DNA from: Caulobacteraceae bacterium
GTDB lineage: Bacteria; Pseudomonadota; Alphaproteobacteria; Caulobacterales; Caulobacteraceae
Reading direction: 5' to 3'
NCBI GenBank assembly: GCA_019748095.1
Contig: JAIEQA010000008.1
Coordinates: 10,625 to 74,624 of the forward strand
DNA: 64,000 bases
Below, one piece after another: positions 53,843-62,175 of this stretch. The notes below the pieces were generated by a model. That model saw only the letters and a list, made by a program, of their open reading frames with translations. It was not told where the DNA came from and made no database searches. Each line of letters opens with the position of its first letter. Within the stretch, counting starts at the first letter, position 1. The position numbers were made by a program, and so were the translations under genes.

Positions 53843-54567
53843 TGCTCGCCGTCCTCGCCGTCGAACTGCGCAAGCTGAAGCGCTCGCTGGCCCTGCTGCT
53901 GGCGCTGGCCGCGCCGACGCTGATCGCCATCTTCGTCTTCTTCAACATGCTGCGGGGCGACGAGCCGCGGCCGTGGCTGATGTATGTCCAGGGGGCGACA
54001 GGGATCTGGGCCTTCTTCATGCTGCCCATGAGCGTGACGGCCCTGACGGCACTGGTCGCGCACATGGAACATGGGCCCAGGGCCTGGGATCACCTGAGGG
54101 CCCTGCCGGTGGCGTGCTGGAAGCTCTATGCGGCCAAGGCGGTCTGCGTGCTGGGGGTGGTGGCGGCCATGAGCGTGCTGAACCTGGTGCTGACCTGGGG
54201 GGCGGTCACCCTGGCCGCGACGCTCAAGCCGGTGCTGGCCCCGACGGGTGTGTTCGACCTCGCCGGACAGGCGATCCTGCTGGGCAGGGTGCTGCTGGCG
54301 GCCATCCTGATGATCGCCATCCAGTTCTGGGTCGCGCTGCGCTTCGCCAGCTTCGTGCCGGCGCTGGCGATCGGGATCGGTGGGACCTTCTTCTCGGTCG
54401 TGGCGACCTCGGCGAAGCAGGGCGTGTTCTTCCCGTGGCAGATGCCGGTCAACATGCTGGGCACCGAGGCCTGGCGGGTGAACACCGCTCTCGGGCTGGG
54501 CTGCGGGCTGGGGCTGGTCGTCCTCGCGGCCGCGATCGCCCACCTCAGCCGGCGCGAGGTGATCTGA
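53842..54567 (+). CDS. ABC-2 type transporter permease
   Basis: 241 aa, six hydrophobic segments. Its start overlaps the ATPase stop (ATGA-type coupling). Confidence 0.75.
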   Translation: MLAVLAVELRKLKRSLALLLALAAPTLIAIFVFFNMLRGDEPRPWLMYVQGATGIWAFFMLPMSVTALTALVAHMEHGPRAWDHLRALPVACWKLYAAKAVCVLGVVAAMSVLNLVLTWGAVTLAATLKPVLAPTGVFDLAGQAILLGRVLLAAILMIAIQFWVALRFASFVPALAIGIGGTFFSVVATSAKQGVFFPWQMPVNMLGTEAWRVNTALGLGCGLGLVVLAAAIAHLSRREVI

Positions 54568-54570
54568 CGA

Positions 54571-55071
54571 TCACCCCCCCGTGGCGGACTTGTCGGGGGC
54601 GATCTCGGTCATGGCGGACTGCAGATAGTTCTGCTCGCCCAGCTGTTCGATCAGTTTGAACTGGGCCTCGAGGAAGTCGATGTGCTCCTCGGTATCGGAC
54701 AGGATCTCCATCAGGATCTGGCGGCTGACGAAGTCGTGGCCGGCCTCGCACTGGGTGATGGCGGCCAGCTGGGCGGCGCGGCCGTCGATCTCCAGCTGCA
54801 GGTCGGCGCCCAGGCATTCGATCGCGCTCTCGCCGATCTTGAGTTTGTGCAGGTCCTGCATATTGGGCAGGCCGTCGAGGAACAGGATGCGTTTGATCAG
54901 CTTGTCGGCGTGTTTCATCTCGCCGATCGATTCCTGGTAGATGATCTCGCCCATGTGGCGCAGACCCCAGCTCTCGAACATGCGGGCGTGCAGGAAATAC
55001 TGGTTCACGGCCGTCAGTTCGTTGGTCAGCACCGCATTCAGGGTGCGGATGATCGCAGGATCGCCCTTCAT
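54571..55071 (-). CDS. bfr: Bacterioferritin
   Basis: Start reset to ATG 55071. MKGDPAIIRTLNAVLTNELTAVNQYFLHARMFESWG, the heme-ligand Met context and the EEHIDFLE ferroxidase motif. Confidence 0.95.
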   Translation of the reverse strand: MKGDPAIIRTLNAVLTNELTAVNQYFLHARMFESWGLRHMGEIIYQESIGEMKHADKLIKRILFLDGLPNMQDLHKLKIGESAIECLGADLQLEIDGRAAQLAAITQCEAGHDFVSRQILMEILSDTEEHIDFLEAQFKLIEQLGEQNYLQSAMTEIAPDKSATGG

Positions 55072-55212
55072 GTCGTCGTCTCTCGTTCGCGCCGCGCGAA
55101 TCCAGACGATCCGCAGCACCACACTAGCACGGGAAATTGACCTCCGGTTACTTGCGAGTGCTTTTCAACGCATTGATATTGCGAGTGATAAGCTGAAAGC
55201 CCGGTCGCCGGC

Positions 55213-55398
55213 CTATTCGGCGGCGAGGGCCAGAGACTGGCGGCTGTCGTCGATCATCTGGCGCATTTCGCAGACGCATTTGGCGCACTGGGCGGCGCAC
55301 TGGTGGCGGGCGAAGACGTCGCGGGGCCGGGTGGCTCCGGCTTCAATCGCACGGGCCACGTCACGCTGGCGAAGGCCGTTGCAGTTGCAGACGTACAC
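55213..55398 (-). CDS. bfd: Bacterioferritin-associated ferredoxin ((2Fe-2S)-binding protein)
   Basis: 61 aa. MYVCNCNG...CAAQCAKC gives the four-Cys BFD pattern. Located upstream of bfr. Confidence 0.85.
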   Translation of the reverse strand: MYVCNCNGLRQRDVARAIEAGATRPRDVFARHQCAAQCAKCVCEMRQMIDDSRQSLALAAE

Positions 55399-55514
55399 GC
55401 GTGGGCTCCGGCCAGCTGTTGCGACTGGTTATCTGTAGCATCTATCCCGGCGATTGCAACGCGTTCGCATCAGGGCGGGTTGACGCAGACGCCTGCGCGT
55501 CGCACCTGCCGCGA

Positions 55515-56153
55515 ATGTCCACCGCGCCCTGTCAGCTTTATCTGATCACCCCGCCGGTCCTTGAGGACCTGGAGGCCTTTGCCGCCGTGCTGGAGCGGGC
55601 CCTGGAGGCCGGCCCGGTCGCCGCCCTGCAGATCCGGCTGAAGCCGGCCGATGACGCGCTGATCACCGCTGCGGTGAGGCGACTTGCACCGCTGGCCCAG
55701 AGCCGGGGCGTGGCGGTCCTCCTGAACGACCGTCCGGATCTGGCGGCCGCGCTGGGTTGCGACGGCGTCCATCTGGGCCAGTCCGACGCCCCGGTGGCGT
55801 CGGCGCGCCGGCTGATGGGACCGTCTGCCATGATCGGTGTGACCTGCCACGACAGTCGCCATCTGGGGATGGAGGCGGCCGAGGCCGGCGCGGACTATGT
55901 GGCCTTTGGCGCCTTCTATCCGACGCAGACCAAGGCGACCGAACATCGGCCCGAACCCGGTATCCTGACCATCTGGCAGGAGACCATGGTCATCCCGTCG
56001 GTCGCGATCGGCGGGATCACCGTGGACAACGCCGCCGCCCTGGTCAGGGCCGGTGCCGATTTCCTCGCCATCAGCCACGGGGTCTGGGGCCATCCCGACG
56101 GGGTCGAGGCGGCCGTGCGGGCGCTGAACGTGATCTGCGCAGGCGGCGACTGA
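55515..56153 (+). CDS. thiE: Thiamine phosphate synthase
   Basis: Start reset to ATG 55515 ([14 protein letters not shown]). [28 protein letters not shown] and IGGI motifs. Confidence 0.9.
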   Translation: MSTAPCQLYLITPPVLEDLEAFAAVLERALEAGPVAALQIRLKPADDALITAAVRRLAPLAQSRGVAVLLNDRPDLAAALGCDGVHLGQSDAPVASARRLMGPSAMIGVTCHDSRHLGMEAAEAGADYVAFGAFYPTQTKATEHRPEPGILTIWQETMVIPSVAIGGITVDNAAALVRAGADFLAISHGVWGHPDGVEAAVRALNVICAGGD

Positions 56154-56220
56154 CTTCAGGGGATATTAGGAAGCCTATGCAACGCTAGGGTCAGTCGCAG
56201 CATAGAAGTCTCCCCTGTTC

Positions 56221-57909
56221 ATGATCACCAGCCGCGTGATGATCCCGACGGATGCCGATGTCGTCGATTGGGCGTCAGCGACCCCCCGTGCCTCCCGCCC
56301 GACCAGCGCCGTCGACCTGTTCGCCCGGCCCCTGGTCCCGATGGCGACTGCGGCGGGTGTGACCCTGCTGACCCTGATTGCCATCAGCTCGTTCCGGACC
56401 GCTGATCTGGTCGCTGCCCTGTGGGCCGCAAACGCCCTTGCGGTCGGGGTCTGGCTGCGGAGCGGACGGGGTCTGGGCTATGACATCAGCTTCGGGGCCA
56501 TCATCGCGTTCGGGGTTCTGGCGGGGCAGTTTCTCGGCCGCAACCATCCGAGCACGGCGATCATGTTCACGATCGCCAATATGGTGGAGATCAGTCTGGC
56601 TGTGGTCCTGGCCCGGCGGTTCTCACCGACCCTGAACCTGGCGACCGTCAACGGCGCCGGCCGGTTCATTTTCTGCGCCGCAGCCGTGGCTCCGATCGCG
56701 GGCGGCCTGATTGCGGCTTCCGGCCTGTACCTGCTGCGCGGTGCTCCGTTCCTGATGAGTTTCCAGACCTGGTGGTTCGGCCATGCCCTGGGTCTGGCGG
56801 TCATCGCCCCCTTCGTTCTTGCGCTCGACCGTCGGGCCATCCGTGCGCTGTGGAACCCGTGGCGGGGTGCCGAGACGCTCCTGCTGTTCGGCGTTCTGGG
56901 GGCGATGTGCGGCTCGATCTATTTCGTTTGGGACCTGCCACTGGGCTTTGTCCTGATCCCGATGCTGATCCTGATCGCGGCGCGGCTGAGAGTTCTGGGC
57001 GTGACAGCGGCCCTCGTCATCGTGTCCGTCTCCGCCATCTTTGCGGTCCGCATCGGGGCCGGCCCCTGGAGTGGGGTAATCACGGACATGGCGGAGCGGG
57101 CCATGTTTACCCAGCTGGGCATCCTGTTCGGTTTCGTCCCGATCATCCTCGTCGCCTCGCTTCTGGAGGAGCGCGACCGTCTGTCGGCGCGCGCCAGGGC
57201 GGGTCAGGTGCGGGCCGAGGAAGCCTCCGCGTCCAAGTCGCGCCTGCTGGCCAATGTCGCGCATGAGATCAAGAGCCCTGTCGCCGGCATCATCGGCATC
57301 GGTGACCTTTGGCTGAGCGGGCAACTGGGGCCCGTCACCGCGACCCAGAAGGAGATGGCCGGCATGCTGGTCAAGACCGCCCGCCAGGTCGAGGCGCTGT
57401 CGCATGACCTGCTGGACGTCGCCCGCGCCGAATCCGGGGCTGTCAGGGTCGAGTTGCGCCCGACCGATGTTCCGGGGGTCCTGGCCGATGTCTGCCGCGC
57501 AACGGCCCTGCGACCCGAGGCCCGGTCCCTGTCGCTCAAGGTCGATTGCGAGGGGGACGGTCTGATCGCCATTGCCGACTCGCAACGCCTGACCCAGGTC
57601 ATCGACAATCTTGCCACCAATGCGGTCAAGTATGCCGCCGCCGGCGGCGAGGTGACCTTCCGGGCGCGTCGGGTGCATGACGGGGTGCGGATCGAGGTGA
57701 TCGACCGCGGTCCTGGCCTGACCCCCGAAAAGCTGACCCAGTTGTTCGAGCCCTTCAACCGACTGGGCCTCGAGCGGTCCGCCGTCGAGGGACACGGGAT
57801 CGGCCTGGCGCTGGCCAAGCGGCTTGTGGAACTGCAGGGCGGCTCCATCGGGGTGGACTCGGTCCTCGGTCAGGGCTCGACCTTCTGGATCGAACTGCCG
57901 GCGGCGTGA
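56221..57909 (+). CDS. MASE1-domain sensor histidine kinase
   Basis: N-terminal ~300 aa polytopic membrane domain of MASE1 type. H-box ANVAHEIKSPV. N, G1 and G2 boxes (NLATNAVKY, DRGPGL, GHGIGLALA). Confidence 0.85.
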   Translation: MITSRVMIPTDADVVDWASATPRASRPTSAVDLFARPLVPMATAAGVTLLTLIAISSFRTADLVAALWAANALAVGVWLRSGRGLGYDISFGAIIAFGVLAGQFLGRNHPSTAIMFTIANMVEISLAVVLARRFSPTLNLATVNGAGRFIFCAAAVAPIAGGLIAASGLYLLRGAPFLMSFQTWWFGHALGLAVIAPFVLALDRRAIRALWNPWRGAETLLLFGVLGAMCGSIYFVWDLPLGFVLIPMLILIAARLRVLGVTAALVIVSVSAIFAVRIGAGPWSGVITDMAERAMFTQLGILFGFVPIILVASLLEERDRLSARARAGQVRAEEASASKSRLLANVAHEIKSPVAGIIGIGDLWLSGQLGPVTATQKEMAGMLVKTARQVEALSHDLLDVARAESGAVRVELRPTDVPGVLADVCRATALRPEARSLSLKVDCEGDGLIAIADSQRLTQVIDNLATNAVKYAAAGGEVTFRARRVHDGVRIEVIDRGPGLTPEKLTQLFEPFNRLGLERSAVEGHGIGLALAKRLVELQGGSIGVDSVLGQGSTFWIELPAA

Positions 57910-58029
57910 TATTTATTTATCCAATTACAGAAAGCGTGTGACTGAGCGTCGCGGGGCGGCGAGATCGCATGGACGCCTTCGGACCATGGGCGTACTGCCG
58001 GGCCAGTCATCCTCAGGAGGAACACGCCC

Positions 58030-59493
58030 GTGGATCTCGACGCCCTTTTGCTGTCGCGCCTGCAGTTCGCCTTCACCATCGCCTTTCACATTCTCTTCCC
58101 GGCCTTCACGATCGGGTTGGCGGCCTATCTGGCGGTGCTGGAGGGGCTGTGGCTCTGGACGAAGCGCGAAGCGTTCAAAACCCTGTATCTGTTCTGGGTG
58201 AAGATCTTTGCGCTCAGCTTCGGCATGGGCGTCGTGTCCGGGGTGGTGCTCAGCTACCAGTTCGGGACCAACTGGTCCGAGTTCATCCGTCTGACCGGGG
58301 GTGTGATCGGGCCGCTGCTCGCCTACGAGGTCCTGACGGCCTTCTTCCTCGAAGCATCATTCCTCGGGGTCATGCTGTTCGGCTGGAAGAAGGTTGGGCC
58401 CAAACTCCACTTCGCCTCGACCGTGCTGGTGGCGATCGGTACCACAATTTCGGCCTTCTGGATCCTGTCGGCCAACAGCTGGATGCAGACGCCGCAGGGC
58501 TTTCAGATCATGGCGGACGGCACCTTTGAGGCCGTCGACTATATGGCCGTCATCTTCAATCCCAGCCTGCCGACACGGCTGGCGCACATGCTGCTGGCGG
58601 CCTTCATGACCACGGGTCTGGTGGTCGGCGCGGCCTCGGCCTACCGGCTGCTGAAAGAGCGGGCGGCCCGGGTGAAGACCGAGGGGTGGACCGAGAGCCG
58701 GATCGCCCTCGTCATGGCCGTCGGGCTGATCGCCGTGCTGTCCCCGCTGCAACTGGTGGTCGGCCATGCCTCGGGCGAGGTCACACACAAATACCAGCCC
58801 GCCAAGACGGCCGCGATCGAGGGGTACTGGGAAACCCGCGCCGATCAGCCCCTGCACCTGTTCGGCATCCCTGACCGCGAGGCCCAGAAGAACCATTTCG
58901 AGGTCTCGATCCCCGGAATCGGCAACCTGATTCAGGGCGTCCCGAAGGACGAGGTCATCAAGGGCCTCGACAGCTGGGCCCGCGAGGATCAGCCGCCGCC
59001 CTTCATTCCGTTCTTCGGCTTTCGCATCATGGTGGGCCTGGGCCTGTTGATGATCGGGCTGGGCCTGTGGGGCGCGGTGCTGATCTGGCGCAAGCGGATC
59101 TTCGACAGCCCGTGGTTCCTGCGCTTCGCCGTGGCCATGGGGCCGTCGGGGTTCCTCGCCGTGCTGGCGGGCTGGATGGTGACCGAGGTCGGGCGCCAGC
59201 CCTGGGTGGTCTATGGCGTTCTGCGGACCCGGGACGCGGTGTCGCCGGTCATCGCCAGCCAGGTCGCGACCTCCCTGATCGCCTATATCGTCGTCTATTC
59301 GATCGTGTTCACGGCGGGGGCGATCTTCATCCTGAGGCTGATGGCCGAGGGACCGGTTGCCGCGACGACGGAGCCCGCCCCGCACGGGCAGCGCTCGCCG
59401 GGCACGCCTTTGGCCAAGGCCCCGGAGAACACCACACCAGGGGACGATGACACGCCAGACGGTCCTGACGGCGTCCGTGGAGCCACGTCATGA
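58030..59493 (+). CDS. cydA: Cytochrome bd-type ubiquinol oxidase subunit I
   Basis: GTG start preceded by AGGAGG. LSRLQFAFTIAFHILFP and the GWMVTEVGRQPWVVYG Q-loop region. 487 aa (short Q-loop, CIO-like length). Confidence 0.95.
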   Translation: MDLDALLLSRLQFAFTIAFHILFPAFTIGLAAYLAVLEGLWLWTKREAFKTLYLFWVKIFALSFGMGVVSGVVLSYQFGTNWSEFIRLTGGVIGPLLAYEVLTAFFLEASFLGVMLFGWKKVGPKLHFASTVLVAIGTTISAFWILSANSWMQTPQGFQIMADGTFEAVDYMAVIFNPSLPTRLAHMLLAAFMTTGLVVGAASAYRLLKERAARVKTEGWTESRIALVMAVGLIAVLSPLQLVVGHASGEVTHKYQPAKTAAIEGYWETRADQPLHLFGIPDREAQKNHFEVSIPGIGNLIQGVPKDEVIKGLDSWAREDQPPPFIPFFGFRIMVGLGLLMIGLGLWGAVLIWRKRIFDSPWFLRFAVAMGPSGFLAVLAGWMVTEVGRQPWVVYGVLRTRDAVSPVIASQVATSLIAYIVVYSIVFTAGAIFILRLMAEGPVAATTEPAPHGQRSPGTPLAKAPENTTPGDDDTPDGPDGVRGATS

Positions 59494-60527
59494 ACCTCGA
59501 CCTGCAACTGATCTGGGCGGGGCTCATCGCCGTCGCCGTGCTGCTTTATGTGACGCTGGACGGGTTTGATCTGGGCATCGGCATCCTGTTTCCCTTCGCG
59601 AAATCGAAGGAGGAGCGGGATGTGATGATGAACACCATCGCCCCCGTCTGGGACGGCAACGAGACCTGGCTGGTGCTGGGAGGCGGGGGGCTGCTGGCGG
59701 CGTTTCCACTGGCCTATTCGGTGCTGATGCCGGCCCTGTATCTGCCCATCCTGCTGATGCTGGCGGGGCTGATCCTGAGGGGGGTGGCGTTCGAGTTCCG
59801 GTTCCGGGCCCGCAACCGGGGCCGGAAATTCTGGACCCAGATGTTCGCCGGCGGGTCCATCCTGACGGCCGTGGCCCAGGGACTGGTGCTGGGCGGCTTC
59901 ATCCAGGGCGTGACGGTGCGCGAGGATCGGTTCGCGGGCGGGCCGTTCGACTGGCTGACGCCCTATACGCTGCTGGTCGCAGCGGGGCTGGTGGCCGGCT
60001 ACGCCCTGCTGGGCGGGGCATGGCTGATGATGAAGACGAAAGACAACCTGCACGGCGACGCGAAGCGCTGGACCAGCGTGTCAGCGGTGGTGGTGACCGT
60101 TTTGCTGGCGGCAGTCAGTGTGGCGACCCTGGCGATCCATCCTCGCGTCGCTGCGCGCTGGGGCTTCGATCTCGGCCACGGGTTCGCACTGGACGCGTCC
60201 GTGCTCATGCCGTTGCTGCCCATCCCGTTGCTGGGGCTGGCCGGCCTGGCATTGGTGTGGGTGATGTCGCGCAGGGGCTCGCATCGGTGGCCCTTCGTGG
60301 GGGCCATTCTGGTCTTCCTGTCGGGCTATCTGGGGCTGGCGGTCGGCTTCGCCCCGTATGTCGTGCCCTATGCCCTGGACTTCCGTCAGGCGGCGGCTCC
60401 GGACAATGCCCTCGGGCTGATGCTGGTGGGGACAGTGGCGATCCTGCCCATGATCCTGGCTTATACCGGCTGGGTCTACTGGGTGTTCCGCGGCAAGATC
60501 GACGAGGAGGCCGGCTATCATCATTGA
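59490..60527 (+). CDS. cydB: Cytochrome bd-type ubiquinol oxidase subunit II
   Basis: ATGA overlap with cydA. LDGFDLGIGIL, WDGNETWLV. 345 aa. Confidence 0.95.
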   Translation: MNLDLQLIWAGLIAVAVLLYVTLDGFDLGIGILFPFAKSKEERDVMMNTIAPVWDGNETWLVLGGGGLLAAFPLAYSVLMPALYLPILLMLAGLILRGVAFEFRFRARNRGRKFWTQMFAGGSILTAVAQGLVLGGFIQGVTVREDRFAGGPFDWLTPYTLLVAAGLVAGYALLGGAWLMMKTKDNLHGDAKRWTSVSAVVVTVLLAAVSVATLAIHPRVAARWGFDLGHGFALDASVLMPLLPIPLLGLAGLALVWVMSRRGSHRWPFVGAILVFLSGYLGLAVGFAPYVVPYALDFRQAAAPDNALGLMLVGTVAILPMILAYTGWVYWVFRGKIDEEAGYHH

Positions 60528-60567
60528 TCCTGTTCCCCCGCCGCAGCCGGGCGAGGACACCGGCCCG

Positions 60568-60669
60568 TTGTGGAAGAAACTTCTGTGGTTCGCCGGCCTG
60601 TGTCTGGCCGGATCGGCGAGCGTGGCGGCCGTCGCCTATGTGCTGAGAAGCTTGCCGTTCATGGGCTGA
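60568..60669 (+). CDS. DUF2474-like small membrane protein following cydB (start uncertain)
   Basis: Frame open from cydB to TGA 60667-60669. ...GPLWKKLLWFAGLCLAGSASVAAVAYVLRSLPFMG resembles the DUF2474 micro-proteins encoded after cioB/cydB. The only canonical-type start in frame is TTG 60568, with GAGGA 10 nt upstream. Confidence 0.4.
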   Translation: MWKKLLWFAGLCLAGSASVAAVAYVLRSLPFMG

Positions 60670-60675
60670 GGGGCG

Positions 60676-61524
60676 ATGGTCCATGCCATGTCGCATATCG
60701 TTCTGCTTTCCGTCCTTGTGCTCGCCGGGTCCGGCCAGACCCAGTCGGCTCCGTCCGTCCCGGCCGGGAGTGCCATCACCCGCAGCCTGAACTCGGCGCC
60801 GCCGGCGGCAGTCGTGCCCGTCGCTGTCCCCCCGGCCGCGGCGCCCGGTCCGGCCGCTGCACCCGAGACCGTCGCTCCGGCCCGTACTGCCCCCGTGACG
60901 GCTCCTGCGGCGGTGACACCCCCTCTAACCGCGCCGGTCGTGCGACCCACGCCCGCTCCCGCCGTCTCGCCGCCGAGGACCGTCCCGGCCCCGGCGACCG
61001 CGCCCGTCCGCACACCGGCCCCCCCGCCGACGGCTGCCGCGACCCCAGTGCCGGCACCCGCGCGAGTGCCCGCATCTGTCCCTGCACCAACCCCGGCTCC
61101 GACTCCGGCTCCCGTAGCCGCTCCTGTAGCCGTTCCCGTGGCCGCGCCGGCCCCGACGCTGACCGTCCTCGACGCCCCGGCGATTGCGGCGCTGCCGTTC
61201 GGGATCGACCTGCCGGCAGGGACCAGTGTGACGGCCGGACGGCCCGGGCCGAACTTCAACATCTGGACGATCCGGCGCGGCGAGCAGCCGCTGGTGATGG
61301 TCTACGCCGGGCCGGCGTCGCAGTTCCCCATCTACAGCGGCGACATGGTCGAGGCGGGCGGGCGGGCCTCAGTGGTAGCCAGCGAGGGTGGACGTCGGGT
61401 GGCCCTTGAGCACCTGTTCACGCGGACAGACGCGCCGAACGAGATCCATGTCTGGATCACCAGCGTGGAGGGCACCGACCGGACCCTGGCCGAACGAATC
61501 GGCCAGTCGGTGGATCCGCGCTAG
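60676..61524 (+). CDS. Hypothetical secreted/anchored protein with a ~150-aa Pro/Ala/Val-rich spacer and a C-terminal globular domain
   Basis: N-terminal hydrophobic segment MSHIVLLSVLVLAGSG. Low-complexity region (PAPTPAPTPAPVAAPVAVPVAAPAP etc.). A non-repetitive ~110-aa C-terminus. No family recognised. Confidence 0.6.
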   Translation: MVHAMSHIVLLSVLVLAGSGQTQSAPSVPAGSAITRSLNSAPPAAVVPVAVPPAAAPGPAAAPETVAPARTAPVTAPAAVTPPLTAPVVRPTPAPAVSPPRTVPAPATAPVRTPAPPPTAAATPVPAPARVPASVPAPTPAPTPAPVAAPVAVPVAAPAPTLTVLDAPAIAALPFGIDLPAGTSVTAGRPGPNFNIWTIRRGEQPLVMVYAGPASQFPIYSGDMVEAGGRASVVASEGGRRVALEHLFTRTDAPNEIHVWITSVEGTDRTLAERIGQSVDPR

Positions 61525-61925
61525 GCCCGGCGCACGGGCGTGTCGGTCGGACCGAGCCGCACGCCTCTCTGACCGGCGAAGACCAGCACCTCAGGATCGC
61601 CGGAGGCGGCCCAGCGACGCAGTTGCGCTTCATAAGGATCGCGTCGCCAGTCGTGGGGACGGGCGGCGTCGCATTCCACGATCAGCCGTGCGCCGCCCTG
61701 TTCGGAATGCAGGACGAAGCCGGCGACAGAGGGTTTCCAGGCCTCATCCAGAGCCTCGGTCAGCAGCCACAGGCAGTTGAAAACACGACAGTCGTCGGGG
61801 CGCTCCGCATAGACGGCGCAGCCGGCGGTTTTGCTGAAATGGCGGCACCAACGTCCGGCAGGCTTCTGCAGGGCGGTGACGCCCATCAGCTTGCAGCACA
61901 GGCCGCAGGTGCCGCAGTCCTTCAT
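61521..61925 (-). CDS. YkgJ family cysteine-cluster protein (UPF0153)
   Basis: MKDCGTCGLCCKLMG (CxxCxxCC) plus a second Cys group, CAVYAERPDDCRVFNC. Confidence 0.8.
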   Translation of the reverse strand: MKDCGTCGLCCKLMGVTALQKPAGRWCRHFSKTAGCAVYAERPDDCRVFNCLWLLTEALDEAWKPSVAGFVLHSEQGGARLIVECDAARPHDWRRDPYEAQLRRWAASGDPEVLVFAGQRGVRLGPTDTPVRRA

Positions 61926-62175
61926 GGATGGTCGAGGGCGGAGGCGCGGTGGCTGGTCTCGCCTCCCATCGCCATGACGGGCCAGGGTGCGACCGTTATC
62001 GCGCTTGCAAGTCGGTCAGACTTCCCATCATGATGCGAACGACTCGCAAGTGCAGGTACGCTCATGATCGTTCTGATGACCGGCCCGGAAGGCCTGCTGC
62101 GGCTGATGCGCGAGGCGCGACAGCCAGTGCCCGGGCCACCGCCGCCGCCTTCGCCACTGCCGGAGCCCCGTCCGG

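Noticed and set aside
55399-55514. Looked for a TPP riboswitch upstream of thiE.
   Set aside because: I saw no CUGAGA / ACCUGAUCUGGAUAAUGCC-like conserved TPP aptamer elements, and the leader is short.
56157-56217. Imperfect long hairpin between thiE and the histidine kinase gene (CAGGGGA / TCCCCTG outer stem, CTATGC / GCATAG inner stem).
   Set aside because: The stems are short and separated by asymmetric loops, and no U-tract follows. It is plausibly a weak terminator or chance structure, not strong enough to list as a feature.
57908-57940. AT-rich tract TGATATTTATTTATCCAATTACAG upstream of cydA, considered as an FNR/FixK box (TTGAT-N4-ATCAA) or a DnaA box (TTATCCACA).
   Set aside because: Only partial half-site matches (TGAT....ATTTA; TTATCCAAT). 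It is probably part of the cydAB promoter or UP region but cannot be called as a specific site.
60780-61150. Repetitive CCG/GCC-rich nucleotide stretch considered as a tandem repeat or CRISPR-like array.
   Set aside because: It is the coding sequence for a Pro/Ala/Val-rich low-complexity protein region. There are no regularly spaced identical repeats or spacers, and no CRISPR array anywhere in the window.
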